64,000 nucleotides of DNA from Candidatus Spongiisociaceae bacterium (GTDB lineage Bacteria > Actinomycetota > Acidimicrobiia > Spongiisociales > Spongiisociaceae), in assembly GCA_965262915.1 (NCBI GenBank), contig OZ253564.1, positions 2,496,001 through 2,560,000 on the forward strand. The letters are read 5' to 3'. Position 1 is the first letter of the stretch. Every line of letters starts with the position of its first letter. Positions 27,799-36,938 of this stretch are shown piece after piece. The position numbers and the translations under genes were made by a program. Under the pieces are notes generated by a model, which saw nothing but the letters and a program-made list of their open reading frames with translations, did not search any database and was not told the origin of the DNA.

Positions 27799-28961
27799 TG
27801 GACCGTGCCATAGCTCCCGGAGGCACCATCGGCATCGTGGGTGGTGGACAGCTGGGAAGGATGCTGTCCTTCGAGGCGCACCGGCTCGGGTACCGGGTGG
27901 CCGTGCTGACCGGAGGGGCCAAGGACACCCCGGGCGGGCGGGTTGCGGACCTCGAGGTCGCGGCGGCCTACGACGACGACCTGGCCGTGCAGCGGTTCGT
28001 CGATCTCTCCGATGTCATCACATGGGAGTTCGAGAATGTCGAAGTACCTCTGCTGGCGGAGCTGGCCGCCCGTCCGGGCGTACCGCTCCGGCCGGCCGGT
28101 TCGGTCATCGAGGCTGCTCAGGACCGGGCTCGGGAGCGCCGCGCCCTGATAGCCGCCGGGGCGCCGGTGGCGGCCTATCGCGAAGTCGCGACCGCAGCCG
28201 GGCTGGTCCGCGCCGTAGCGGACCTCGGCCTACCGGTCATCGCCAAGCGCGCCCGCTTCGGATACGACGGCCGCGGCCAGGTCCGGCTCACGACCGGCGA
28301 GGAGCCTGAGGCGGGCGGGGTTTTCCATGCGCTGGGTGGTGAACGCCTGATAGTCGAGGAGGTGGTTCCCTTCGATGCGGAGATCTCGGTCGTCGTGGCC
28401 CGGGGTATCGACGGCGTGGTGGCCCATCACGGCGTAATGGAAAACGTCCACGTCAACCGGATCCTCGACACGACCGTCACACCGCCCGTGTCGGTCTCCC
28501 CCGGCGTGGCCGGAGCGGCCGTGGAACTCGCAACCACGATCGCCCGGCACCTTGACCTGGTCGGGGTGCTGTGCGTCGAGATGTTCGCAGCGGCCGGAGG
28601 CCTGGTGGTGAACGAGATCGCCCCTCGTCCCCACAACAGCGGCCACTGCACCATCGAGGCGGCCTCGACCAGCCAGTTCGGCCAGCAACTGCGCGCCATA
28701 TGCGGCCTGCCCCTCGGTGACGGCTCCTGCCGTCCGGCAGCCATGGTGCAGCTTCTCGGGGACCTGTGGGACGATCCCTCCGGCAACCCACCTGCATGGT
28801 CGGAGGCCATAGCCGACCCTGCCGTGCACCTCCATCTCTACGGCAAAGAGGAGGTGCGTCCCGGTCGTAAGATGGGCCACATCACATGCACCGACACCAC
28901 AGCCGAGCGGGCCTTGCAGCGCGCTCTGGCGGCTCGTCGCAGGCTCCGGCGGCGGTCATGA
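27798..28961 (+). CDS. purK: N5-CAIR synthetase
   Basis: GIVGGGQLGRM, WEFENV, GYDGRGQ, NEIAPRPHNSGH, HLYGK...RKMGH. Confidence 0.95.
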   Translation: MDRAIAPGGTIGIVGGGQLGRMLSFEAHRLGYRVAVLTGGAKDTPGGRVADLEVAAAYDDDLAVQRFVDLSDVITWEFENVEVPLLAELAARPGVPLRPAGSVIEAAQDRARERRALIAAGAPVAAYREVATAAGLVRAVADLGLPVIAKRARFGYDGRGQVRLTTGEEPEAGGVFHALGGERLIVEEVVPFDAEISVVVARGIDGVVAHHGVMENVHVNRILDTTVTPPVSVSPGVAGAAVELATTIARHLDLVGVLCVEMFAAAGGLVVNEIAPRPHNSGHCTIEAASTSQFGQQLRAICGLPLGDGSCRPAAMVQLLGDLWDDPSGNPPAWSEAIADPAVHLHLYGKEEVRPGRKMGHITCTDTTAERALQRALAARRRLRRRS

Positions 28962-30388
28962 TTCCCGGGTTGGACTGTGACAGCCCCCGTGAGGAGTGCG
29001 GGGTGGTCGGCGTGTACGCAACCGGCCGGGAGGCGGCCCGGATAACGTTCTTCGGCCTCTTCGCCCTGCAGCATCGGGGTCAGGAAGCCGCCGGGATCGT
29101 CAGCTACGACAGCGTCTTCGCCCATGTGCACAAGGGCGAAGGGCTGGTCGGCTCGGTCTTCAACGAAGACATCCTCTCGTCCCTGAAAGGCCCCGCCGCC
29201 ATCGGCCACACCCGCTACAGCACCACTGGCGGATCCACCCTCCGCAATGCCCAACCGCAGGTGATCGAGACCATCGACGGCCCGCTGGCAGTGGCGCACA
29301 ACGGCAACCTCGTGAACGCGCCCCAGCTTCGCCGGGAGCTTCTCGAGCGGGGCGTCGGCCTGCAGACCTCTTCCGACACCGAGCTGATGGTGCACATCCT
29401 CACTGGGGCGGGCGGTAGCTGGCTGGACCGGATCCGGGCGCTCATGAGGCAGGCCGAGGGAGCCTACTCGCTCACGATCCTCACTCGCGAGGCCGTCTAC
29501 GGAGTCCGCGACCCGTGGGGATTCCGTCCCCTCGCCATCGGGGAGATCGACGGTGGCTACGTACTGGCATCGGAAACCTGCGCCTTCTCGACCACCGGCG
29601 CCAAATTCGTGCGCGAGCTGCAGCCGGGGGAGATCGTCCGGATCGACGCTCTCGGGCTCCATATCGAACAGGGCGCGCCGCCGCTGCCCCGAGCCTTCTG
29701 CACCTTCGAACACATCTACTTCTCCCGGCCCGACACCGTCCACGACGGCAACCTCGTGCACAGCGTCCGCCAGCGCCTCGGCCGCGAGCTGGCCCGGGAA
29801 GCCCCGGTCGAAGCCGACCTGGTCCTGTCCGTACCCGACTCGGGAACGCCCCACGCGGTCGGATTCGCCCAGGAGGCGGGCCTGCCCTACACCGAGGGGC
29901 TGATCAAGAACCGCTACGTGGGCCGGACCTTCATCGAACCGACCCAGGAGCTCCGCGACGCCGGCGTGGCCATGAAGTTCAATCCCCTCAGGGACAACCT
30001 CGCAGGCCGGCGGATCGTCATGGTCGACGATTCGATCGTGAGGGGGACGACCGCCGGGCAGCTGGTGCGCATGTTGCGTGATGCCGGGGCCTCGGAAGTG
30101 CACGTGCGGGTGGCGTGTCCCGCCATCACCAATCCCTGCTACATGGGGATCGATATGGCCGGCCCGGAGGATCTGATCGCCTCCCGCATGTCGGTTCCCG
30201 AGATCTGCGAGGAGATCGGCGCCGACTCCCTCGCCTTCCTCTCGCTTGAGGGTCTGATGAGTGCGCTCGATGCCGACGACGGCTACTGCAACGCCTGCTT
30301 CACCGGCAAGTACCCGTTCGAGCCCGAGCGCTTCGTCCAGCTGCAACTCGGCCTGAAGGACCGCTTCGCCTCGGTGTGGGGAGAATGA
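28958..30388 (+). CDS. purF: Amidophosphoribosyltransferase
   Basis: EECGVVG propeptide/Cys1, LQHRGQE, GHTRYST, HNGN, VDDSIVRGTT, Fe-S cysteines CNAC. Confidence 0.97.
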   Translation: MIPGLDCDSPREECGVVGVYATGREAARITFFGLFALQHRGQEAAGIVSYDSVFAHVHKGEGLVGSVFNEDILSSLKGPAAIGHTRYSTTGGSTLRNAQPQVIETIDGPLAVAHNGNLVNAPQLRRELLERGVGLQTSSDTELMVHILTGAGGSWLDRIRALMRQAEGAYSLTILTREAVYGVRDPWGFRPLAIGEIDGGYVLASETCAFSTTGAKFVRELQPGEIVRIDALGLHIEQGAPPLPRAFCTFEHIYFSRPDTVHDGNLVHSVRQRLGRELAREAPVEADLVLSVPDSGTPHAVGFAQEAGLPYTEGLIKNRYVGRTFIEPTQELRDAGVAMKFNPLRDNLAGRRIVMVDDSIVRGTTAGQLVRMLRDAGASEVHVRVACPAITNPCYMGIDMAGPEDLIASRMSVPEICEEIGADSLAFLSLEGLMSALDADDGYCNACFTGKYPFEPERFVQLQLGLKDRFASVWGE

Positions 30389-30392
30389 GCAC

Positions 30393-31709
30393 GTGACCAC
30401 GGTGCTCGTGGTAGGTGGAGGAGGCCGTGAGCATGCGCTCTGCTGGTCCCTCGGCAAGTCCGCCCGCGTGGACCGGATCCTGGTGGCGCCCGGCAACGCC
30501 GGCACTGCCCTGGCGGAGCGTTGCGAGAACATCGCCGTCGGCGCCGGTGACCTAGCCGGGTTGGTGGCCGCGGCCCGGCGCGAGTCGGTCGACCTGGTGG
30601 CGGTGGGTCCCGAAGCCCCGCTGGCTGCGGGACTGGCCGATGCGCTGGATGCGGACGGTATCCCCACCTTCGGACCCAGCGCCGCTTGCGCCCGCCTCGA
30701 GGCCTCGAAGGCCTACTGCAAGACGTTCCTCGACGCGCTCTCGATACCGACCGGCGCGTCGGCCACGTTCCGCGAGCCGGAGCCCGCCCTGGCGTATCTC
30801 GAGCGGCTCCCGTCCGTCCCCGTCATCAAGGCCAGCGGGCTGGCGGGCGGCAAGGGAGTGGTGGTCGCCGAGACACATGGAGAGGCGGCTGCGGCCATCC
30901 GCGCCATGCTGGTCGACGGACGGTTCGGGGAAGCAGGTCGTGAGCTCGTGGTCGAGGAGCGGCTGTGGGGCACCGAGGTATCGGTGCTTGCCTTCAGCGA
31001 CGGGAGCGGCTTCGCTGTGATGCCGGCGGCCCAGGACCACAAGCGGCTCCTCGACGGGGACCGCGGACCGAACACCGGAGGGATGGGCGCCTTCGTCCCG
31101 TCGCCGGTTGCCACCGGCGCGCTCGTCGACGAAGTGGCCGACCGCATCATCCGCCCGACCCTCGACGCACTCGGCGAGGCCGGTACACCGTATCGGGGAG
31201 TGATCTACTTCGGGCTGATGCTCACCGACGCCGGACCCAAGGTGCTGGAGATCAACTGCCGCCTGGGAGACCCGGAAACCCAGGCGGTCCTGCCGCTCCT
31301 GGAGAGCGATCTCTACGAGGTGATGGTCGCATGCGCCACCGGTTCGCTCGACGGCGTCGCCGTCGACTGGTCGCGGTCCGCTTCCACCACCCTGGTGATG
31401 GCGTCCGCCGGTTACCCGACCACCTCGGCGCTGCCCGTACCGATCACGGGCCTCGACGAGGCCATGCATGAAGGATGCCTGGTGTTCCATGCCGGGACCG
31501 ACCGTATCGACGGCGTGACCCTTGCCACCGGCGGGAGGGTGCTGGGCGTCACCGCTCTGGGGAGCACCCTGGGGGAGGCGACCGAGCGTGCCTACGCGGG
31601 GGTGGAAGTCATCTCCTTCCCGGGTGCGCACTACCGTCGGGATATCGGCCGCCGCCTCGCACCCGAACCGGCCCCATCGCCGCCGTTCCGGGAAGTGGGC
31701 GTCGGATGA
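30393..31709 (+). CDS. purD: Phosphoribosylamine-glycine ligase
   Basis: GGGGREHA, PGNAG, GPEAPL, QDHKR, GPNTGGMG, RLGDPETQ. Confidence 0.97.
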   Translation: MTTVLVVGGGGREHALCWSLGKSARVDRILVAPGNAGTALAERCENIAVGAGDLAGLVAAARRESVDLVAVGPEAPLAAGLADALDADGIPTFGPSAACARLEASKAYCKTFLDALSIPTGASATFREPEPALAYLERLPSVPVIKASGLAGGKGVVVAETHGEAAAAIRAMLVDGRFGEAGRELVVEERLWGTEVSVLAFSDGSGFAVMPAAQDHKRLLDGDRGPNTGGMGAFVPSPVATGALVDEVADRIIRPTLDALGEAGTPYRGVIYFGLMLTDAGPKVLEINCRLGDPETQAVLPLLESDLYEVMVACATGSLDGVAVDWSRSASTTLVMASAGYPTTSALPVPITGLDEAMHEGCLVFHAGTDRIDGVTLATGGRVLGVTALGSTLGEATERAYAGVEVISFPGAHYRRDIGRRLAPEPAPSPPFREVGVG

Positions 31710-32707
31710 TCACCTACCGTGACTCGGGAGTCGACATAGATGCCGGTAACCGGACCGTGGCCCTCCTGGCCTCACCGGTGGCCTCCACCGCCACCGATCA
31801 GGTACTGGCGGGCGGGGGAGGATTCGGCGGCCTGTACGCGGCGGACCGGCTCGGACCCGGGAAGGTGCTGGTGGCATCTACCGACGGTGTCGGCACGAAG
31901 GTCGAGCTGGCAGGCCGCTACAACCGCTGGCACGGGGTGGGGATCGATGTGGTCAACCATTGCATCAACGACATCCTGGTGGTGGGCGCCGAGCCGATGT
32001 TCTTCCTCGACTACATCGCGACTTCGCAGCTGATCCCCGAAGTGGTGGCCGCAATCGTTGCGGGTATCGCGGAAGCCTGCCGGGAAGCGGGCTGTGCGCT
32101 GCTCGGCGGTGAGACGGCGGAGATGCCGGGTGTCTACATGCCCGGCGCGGTCGACATCGCCGGAACGATCGTCGGGATGGCCGACCGCGACCGGCTCTGG
32201 CCCCGCCTCGACGAGGTGAGGGAGGGGGACGTGGTGGTCGGTCTACCGAGCAGCGGGCCGCATACCAACGGTTACTCGCTGATTCGCCGGCTGATCGAGG
32301 GCCGGGAACTGTCGCAAGGCATGGTCGATCGCCTGCTGGCGCCGCACCGTAGCTACCTGCCGTTCGTGCGCTCGCTGCAAGCGGAAGGAGTGGAGCCCAA
32401 GGCCTTGGCGCATGTGACCGGTGGTGGCCTCGTCGAGAACCTCCCGCGGGTGCTGCCCTCCGGCCTGGGTGCCACCGTCGAGCTGGGATCGTGGGACGTG
32501 CCGGAGCCCTTCGTCAGCCTCGTGGCCTGGAGCGGGATCGATGATGGTGAGGCATTCCGAACATGGAACATGGGTGTCGGTATGGCGGCGGTAATCGATG
32601 AGAGTCTCGGGTCGCGGGCCGCCGAGCTGGGCTGTGCGGAGATCGGATCGGTCATACCCGTCGCGGACGGGGGTGACCGGGTGGTGCTCACCGGGTCGTG
32701 GCGGTGA
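31706..32707 (+). CDS. purM: Phosphoribosylformylglycinamidine cyclo-ligase (AIR synthetase)
   Basis: YRDSGVDID, STDGVGTK, GGETAEMPG, HTNGYSL, HVTGGG, WNMGVG. Confidence 0.97.
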   Translation: MITYRDSGVDIDAGNRTVALLASPVASTATDQVLAGGGGFGGLYAADRLGPGKVLVASTDGVGTKVELAGRYNRWHGVGIDVVNHCINDILVVGAEPMFFLDYIATSQLIPEVVAAIVAGIAEACREAGCALLGGETAEMPGVYMPGAVDIAGTIVGMADRDRLWPRLDEVREGDVVVGLPSSGPHTNGYSLIRRLIEGRELSQGMVDRLLAPHRSYLPFVRSLQAEGVEPKALAHVTGGGLVENLPRVLPSGLGATVELGSWDVPEPFVSLVAWSGIDDGEAFRTWNMGVGMAAVIDESLGSRAAELGCAEIGSVIPVADGGDRVVLTGSWR

Positions 32708-33318
32708 CGGGACGGATCGTCGTCCTCGCATCGGGCTCGGGCACCAACCTGCAAGCTTTGATCGACGCAGTCGGGGCGGGCCGGCTTCGGGCCGAGGTGA
32801 CCAGGGTGATCGTCAACCGCCGGGGGGCGCCGGCTCGCCAACGGGCCCGCCGCGCAGGGATCCCCGAAGAGTGCTGCCTGCTGGGCCCGTATGTCGACCG
32901 TGCTCCCGATCATCTGGCGGCCCGTCACCGCTACGACGCCGACCTGGCCGACGCCGTAGCGGCCGGCCAACCCGATCTGGTAGTGCTCGCCGGGTGGATG
33001 CACCTCCTGTCCATGGCGTTTCTCGATCGGTTTCCGGACCAAGTCATCAACCTCCATCCTGCGCTTCCCGGGACGTTTCCCGGAGCTACCCCCATCGACG
33101 ACACGTGGGCGGCCTATCGAGCCGGCGAGATCAACTCCGCCGGTGTGATGGTTCATCGCGTCGTGGACGAGGGCGTGGACGACGGCCCCGTCATCGCCTG
33201 CGAGGAGGTCCCGATCCACGACGACGACTCGATCGACACACTTACCGAGCGGATCCACCGGGTGGAGCACCGGCTGCTGGTCGACGCGGTGGCAACACTT
33301 CTCGAACGGCGCCGCTGA
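32704..33318 (+). CDS. purN: Phosphoribosylglycinamide formyltransferase
   Basis: ASGSGTNLQA, LAGWM, NLHPALP, VH.V..GVDDGP, EHRL. Confidence 0.95.
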   Translation: MTGRIVVLASGSGTNLQALIDAVGAGRLRAEVTRVIVNRRGAPARQRARRAGIPEECCLLGPYVDRAPDHLAARHRYDADLADAVAAGQPDLVVLAGWMHLLSMAFLDRFPDQVINLHPALPGTFPGATPIDDTWAAYRAGEINSAGVMVHRVVDEGVDDGPVIACEEVPIHDDDSIDTLTERIHRVEHRLLVDAVATLLERRR

Positions 33319-33325
33319 CGACCGA

Positions 33326-33488
33326 GAGGTCTGCCTGCAAAACAACTTGCCGTGCTCTGGCAGCCATCGACGCCCCTCGCTACGTTCCGCCGCCTTGATG
33401 TACCGCTGCGGGTACGCCTTCGTGGGCGGGCCTTGCGAGGAACGCCGCTGCCGGCGCATACCACGCCCCCAGTTCACAGACAGACCAC
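33326..33488 (-). mobile_element. MITE family A, full-length copy (163 bp)
   Basis: Reverse-complement match to 26024..26186, starting 8 bp after the purN stop. Confidence 0.9.
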
Positions 33489-33539
33489 CAGTTGTCCTGA
33501 TTCCGGGATTCGTTATGGATACCCGGGACGTGCCGGCCA

Positions 33540-33783
33540 TCCCGCCGGGCAGGCGCTGGGGGGTCCGAGAACGCGAAAAACACCGGACCGGACCCCTCCG
33601 ACGGGCCCACCCCCAACCGCCACCTCCTCGGTTCCCGAACGCGTCCCGCCATCCCCTGGGTGGGTTCGGCTCCGATAACATGATCCCTGCCCCGGTCCGG
33701 TCGGTACCGCAAAACGGACCGGTGGTGTTTACGGCTACTTACCATTATGCAACGGGGGTGTGACATGTCAATCCCCTTGTGGC
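33540..33783 (-). repeat. Promoter-bearing intergenic repeat, family B (B2), copy 5
   Basis: Direct repeat of 21720..21958; minus-strand TTGACA(33766-71)-N16-CATAAT(33744-49). Confidence 0.85.
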
Positions 33784-33879
33784 GGCGCAGCCGGTCCCTG
33801 CGGGGGCGCTGCGAGTGGGTGGGCATGCCGATCGTGGGACGACGCCGGTTCCTGAACACAGCCAACCAACGACTCAGAA

Positions 33880-34036
33880 TACTAGCACCCAACAGACGCC
33901 GCCGACCAGACGAGTAGTTCCAAGGGGTGTGGGCTGGCCGAAACCGCTATCTTCGACGGTTATTGTCCCAGATCAGAGGCATTTCCTGTCGCATATCAAC
34001 CCCCCAATCCAGAACTTCTGTCGGTGGATTCAGGCT
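33880..34036 (-). mobile_element. Probable IS end remnants
   Basis: CACCCAACAGAC is shared with the subterminal region of the IS1182 (about 21534-21545); minus-strand CCTGAATCCACCG...GAAATGCCTCTGATCTGG resembles actinobacterial IS1380 left ends (from memory). Confidence 0.35.
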
Positions 34037-34187
34037 TCGGGGGTCATCAAGCAAGACCGCGGCCCCGGTCGTCACAGCCACTGGCGTGCCCGGTGGGACA
34101 CGTCGGCGGTACGACGTAACGTCACCGAATACGGATACGGTCCCTACGGCAAACCAATGCGTGGCGGGCGGCAGTGATGAGGTTTCC

Positions 34188-34496
34188 TCATGGGCTGGTG
34201 GATGCCAGGGCTGGTATCTCGTGGGGCTCGACGATGATCTGGTCTTCGTGGAGGCGGGCTTGTGCGAGGTCGTAGGCAGCTTGGCGGCGCATCCAGAAGT
34301 CGGCGTTGGACCATCCCGCCTTCTCGAGGCGGATGGCCATCTCCGGTGAGATACCGCTATGGCCGTTGAGGACTCGTGAGAGAGTGACTCGGGCCACGCC
34401 GAGAATTCGTGCAGCTTCGGTGACGGTGAGGCCGTAGCCCTCCACGTAGTTCTCCTTGACGCTGACACCGGGGTGCGCAGGGTTCTTCATGGGCAT
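34188..34496 (-). CDS. higA: HigA-family antitoxin (Xre HTH)
   Basis: [11 protein letters not shown]...[34 protein letters not shown]...Q..YDL; AAGGAG RBS. Confidence 0.93.
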   Translation of the reverse strand: MPMKNPAHPGVSVKENYVEGYGLTVTEAARILGVARVTLSRVLNGHSGISPEMAIRLEKAGWSNADFWMRRQAAYDLAQARLHEDQIIVEPHEIPALASTSP

Positions 34497-34511
34497 GGTG
34501 CCTACTCCTTT

Positions 34512-34795
34512 CTAGTGGTAGTCGATCAGGTTCACGTCGCGGACGTGGCCTCCTTCGCCGAATCGGAAGACGATTCGCCAGTTCTTCGAGAGCGGGATGC
34601 TCCAGAGTCCTTCCAGGTCGCCTTTGAGTGGGTGAAGCCGGTAAGTAGGTGCGTTGAGGTCTGATGGCTGGGCTGCGTTGTCGAGGTCGGATAGTGCTCT
34701 GGCGATCCGCTTTGCGTAGTTGGGGTGTAGTTGTCGATAGTCGTCACGTTCGTATGCTCTCTATCGAGCCCTCGGTGGCGGAAACTCTCAATCAC
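34512..34795 (-). pseudogene. higB: HigB/RelE-type toxin, frameshifted near codon 11
   Basis: MIESFRHRGL in one frame continues as RAYERDDYRQL...YRLHPLKGDLEGLWSIPLSKNWRIVFRF...DVNLIDYH* in another. Confidence 0.85.
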
Positions 34796-34803
34796 ACAGA
34801 GCT

Positions 34804-34832
34804 ACTATAACGTGTATCGTTACAGTTGTCAC
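34804..34832 (-). promoter_or_regulatory. higBA promoter with overlapping operator
   Basis: GTGACA-N17-TATAGT on the minus strand, 8 nt before the GTG start (near-leaderless); palindrome TAACG-N5-CGTTA at 34808-34822. Confidence 0.7.
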
Positions 34833-34839
34833 ACATGTT

Positions 34840-36312
34840 TCACAGATAGAACTGCTGTTCCCCGGTGGCGTCGACGGGGGCGGGGAAGCTCCAGGTCCAG
34901 CCTTCGCGGCCCATGTCCTCGTCCTCGGACATCGAGTGCGGCCGGGGCATCCGGTCGTGCACCGACAGGGACATGGAGCGCATCAACTCGGCAGTCAGCG
35001 CGTTGTCGAGTCGCCGGTATACCTCCGCATGTTCGGGGCCGGCGATAAGGTTGAGTTGTTCGTCGGGATCGGTTCGGAGGTCGAACAGCATGGCTTCGCC
35101 CGATGAGTACTTGCTGAGCTTGTAGCGGCCGTCGAAGGCCATCCAGGCGGAGCTGAGCATCCCGAAGATGTGGCGGCGGGGAGACGGGGCGTCGAGACCC
35201 AGGCCCGGCAGCGGTCGGGAGTCCATGTATCCGGGGATGTCGCATCCTGCCAGGGCCAGCATGGTCGCCGTCACGTCGCGTAGCTCCACGAGTTCCGAGC
35301 AGGTGGAGCTCTCCTCCCTTCCCGGCACCCGGACCAGCATCGGTATGTGGGCCGAGGCCTCGTAGAAGGTGGCCTTGCCGTCGATCCCGTGGTCGCCGAG
35401 GTGGTCGCCGTGGTCGGTGGCGAACACGATGACGGTGCTGTCCAGGAGGTCGTTGCACCGGAGGGTGTCGATGATCCTGCCGACTTCGTGGTCGATCTGC
35501 TTCACGAGCGCCGTGTAGTGGGCCCGGGCGTCCTTCATCTCGTCCTCGGTCCAGGTCTCGATGTCCATGCCCATGCCGGTGCGGATCCGGATCCTCGCCT
35601 CACGCAGGGTCTGCCCGTGTGACGGAGAGGGAGGTATCGGATCGGGCATGTCTTCTGCCCGGTAGGTGTGCGGGAAGTCGGTGGCGGGGTCGTACGGGTC
35701 ATGAGGACCGGGAAAGCCCACCATAAGGGCGAAGGGTCCGTCGCGGCCGTAGGTGTCGATGAAGCGGCGGGCTTCGCGGCCGGTGAAGCGGTCCCACGAA
35801 TGCTCCCAGGGCACATCGGTGTGCGCGACGCCCTTGCGTTCGATGTAGTCGCCGTAGGCGTCCCATCCCAGCTTCTCGAGGCCCCGGTCCTTGAGGTAGT
35901 GGTAGTAGTCGTCCCTGATGAGGGCCCACTGCTTGTCCTCGCAGGCCACCCGGTACTGGAAGCCGTGGAGGCTGTCCCACGGGTAGAAGTGCATCTTCCC
36001 GACGGCGGCCGTGTAATAGCCGGAGGCGGCCATGATCTGCGGCCAGGTGCGGATCCCGGCTTCGTTGTAGTCGGGTCGGAGGGTGTGGAGGTTGTCGGTA
36101 ACTCCATTGCGGACGGCGTCCATGCCCGTCAGCAGGGCCATCCGGGCCGGCACGCAGATCGGTGACGCGGAATAGGCATTTTCGTAGAGCACCCCTTGGT
36201 GAGCTATCCAGTCGATGGCAGGTGTGTCTATGAACGGAGCGCCGTAGCACGACAGGAAGTCGCGACGGAGTTGGTCGGGGAACAGAAAGACGATGTTCGG
36301 TGGTCGTTCCAC
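34840..36312 (-). CDS. Formylglycine-dependent sulfatase
   Basis: PNIVFLFPDQLR, CVPARMALLTG, GKMH, GPHDP, TDHGDHLGDHG. Confidence 0.92.
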   Translation of the reverse strand: MERPPNIVFLFPDQLRRDFLSCYGAPFIDTPAIDWIAHQGVLYENAYSASPICVPARMALLTGMDAVRNGVTDNLHTLRPDYNEAGIRTWPQIMAASGYYTAAVGKMHFYPWDSLHGFQYRVACEDKQWALIRDDYYHYLKDRGLEKLGWDAYGDYIERKGVAHTDVPWEHSWDRFTGREARRFIDTYGRDGPFALMVGFPGPHDPYDPATDFPHTYRAEDMPDPIPPSPSHGQTLREARIRIRTGMGMDIETWTEDEMKDARAHYTALVKQIDHEVGRIIDTLRCNDLLDSTVIVFATDHGDHLGDHGIDGKATFYEASAHIPMLVRVPGREESSTCSELVELRDVTATMLALAGCDIPGYMDSRPLPGLGLDAPSPRRHIFGMLSSAWMAFDGRYKLSKYSSGEAMLFDLRTDPDEQLNLIAGPEHAEVYRRLDNALTAELMRSMSLSVHDRMPRPHSMSEDEDMGREGWTWSFPAPVDATGEQQFYL

Positions 36313-36342
36313 GTCGGCACCCCGAAGGGTAGGTCACACCAT

Positions 36343-36553
36343 CAGGTCGCGAAAATCGCTCCGGCCGGCCTGTCCGCAGGCCCCGCCCCCGCCACCACCG
36401 TTCCTGGGACGGGAACGCGTCCTGTCCCGCCGGCAGCGGGGCGACCCGGCTCCGAGATTTGTGATCCCTCGGGGTGATCGAGTGACGTCGGGTTCGAGAC
36501 CGCGCGGGTGTTTGGTATTACCCATAGTGCGACAACGGGTGCGACGACAACCC
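36343..36553 (-). repeat. Promoter-bearing intergenic repeat, family B (B1), copy 3
   Basis: Direct-orientation match to 767..978; -10-like CACTAT at 36524-29, -35 decayed. Confidence 0.8.
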
Positions 36554-36938
36554 CGGACAACGGCAACCGCCGCACGCTTTCACGGCAACAGCCCGTTTCA
36601 TCCCCGGCGTCTGCTATCCCCCATTTCCCGAGCGATCCCGCTGGAAGCCTGACAGACTGGCTGACACGGTGTGGCGTTGCATCCATTGCGGTCTCGAGGC
36701 CCGCTGACAGCCCGACGGGAGATGGGCCTGTGGCGCCCAACTGTGACAGGGTCAACCCCTTTGCGCGGGGATGTTCTTCGCGAGGTGGATGCCGGCGACC
36801 GACACTCCTTCAATCACTACCGGGGGCATCGTTCTACTGGACCCAGGGTTCGAGGTGGACAGGTCCGGGTCGAATCGCAGCCGCGGTGCTGCCAGAGGGG
36901 CGAATACAATCGGCGGTCTACGGATCGGAGGGAGTCGA

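Noticed and set aside
33779-34177. 132-aa ORF between the B2 repeat and higA
   Set aside because: No motifs or RBS; overlaps probable IS-end debris
36411-36424. GAACGCGT-like blocks in family B as LexA SOS boxes
   Set aside because: They do not fit GAAC-N4-GTTC spacing in any copy
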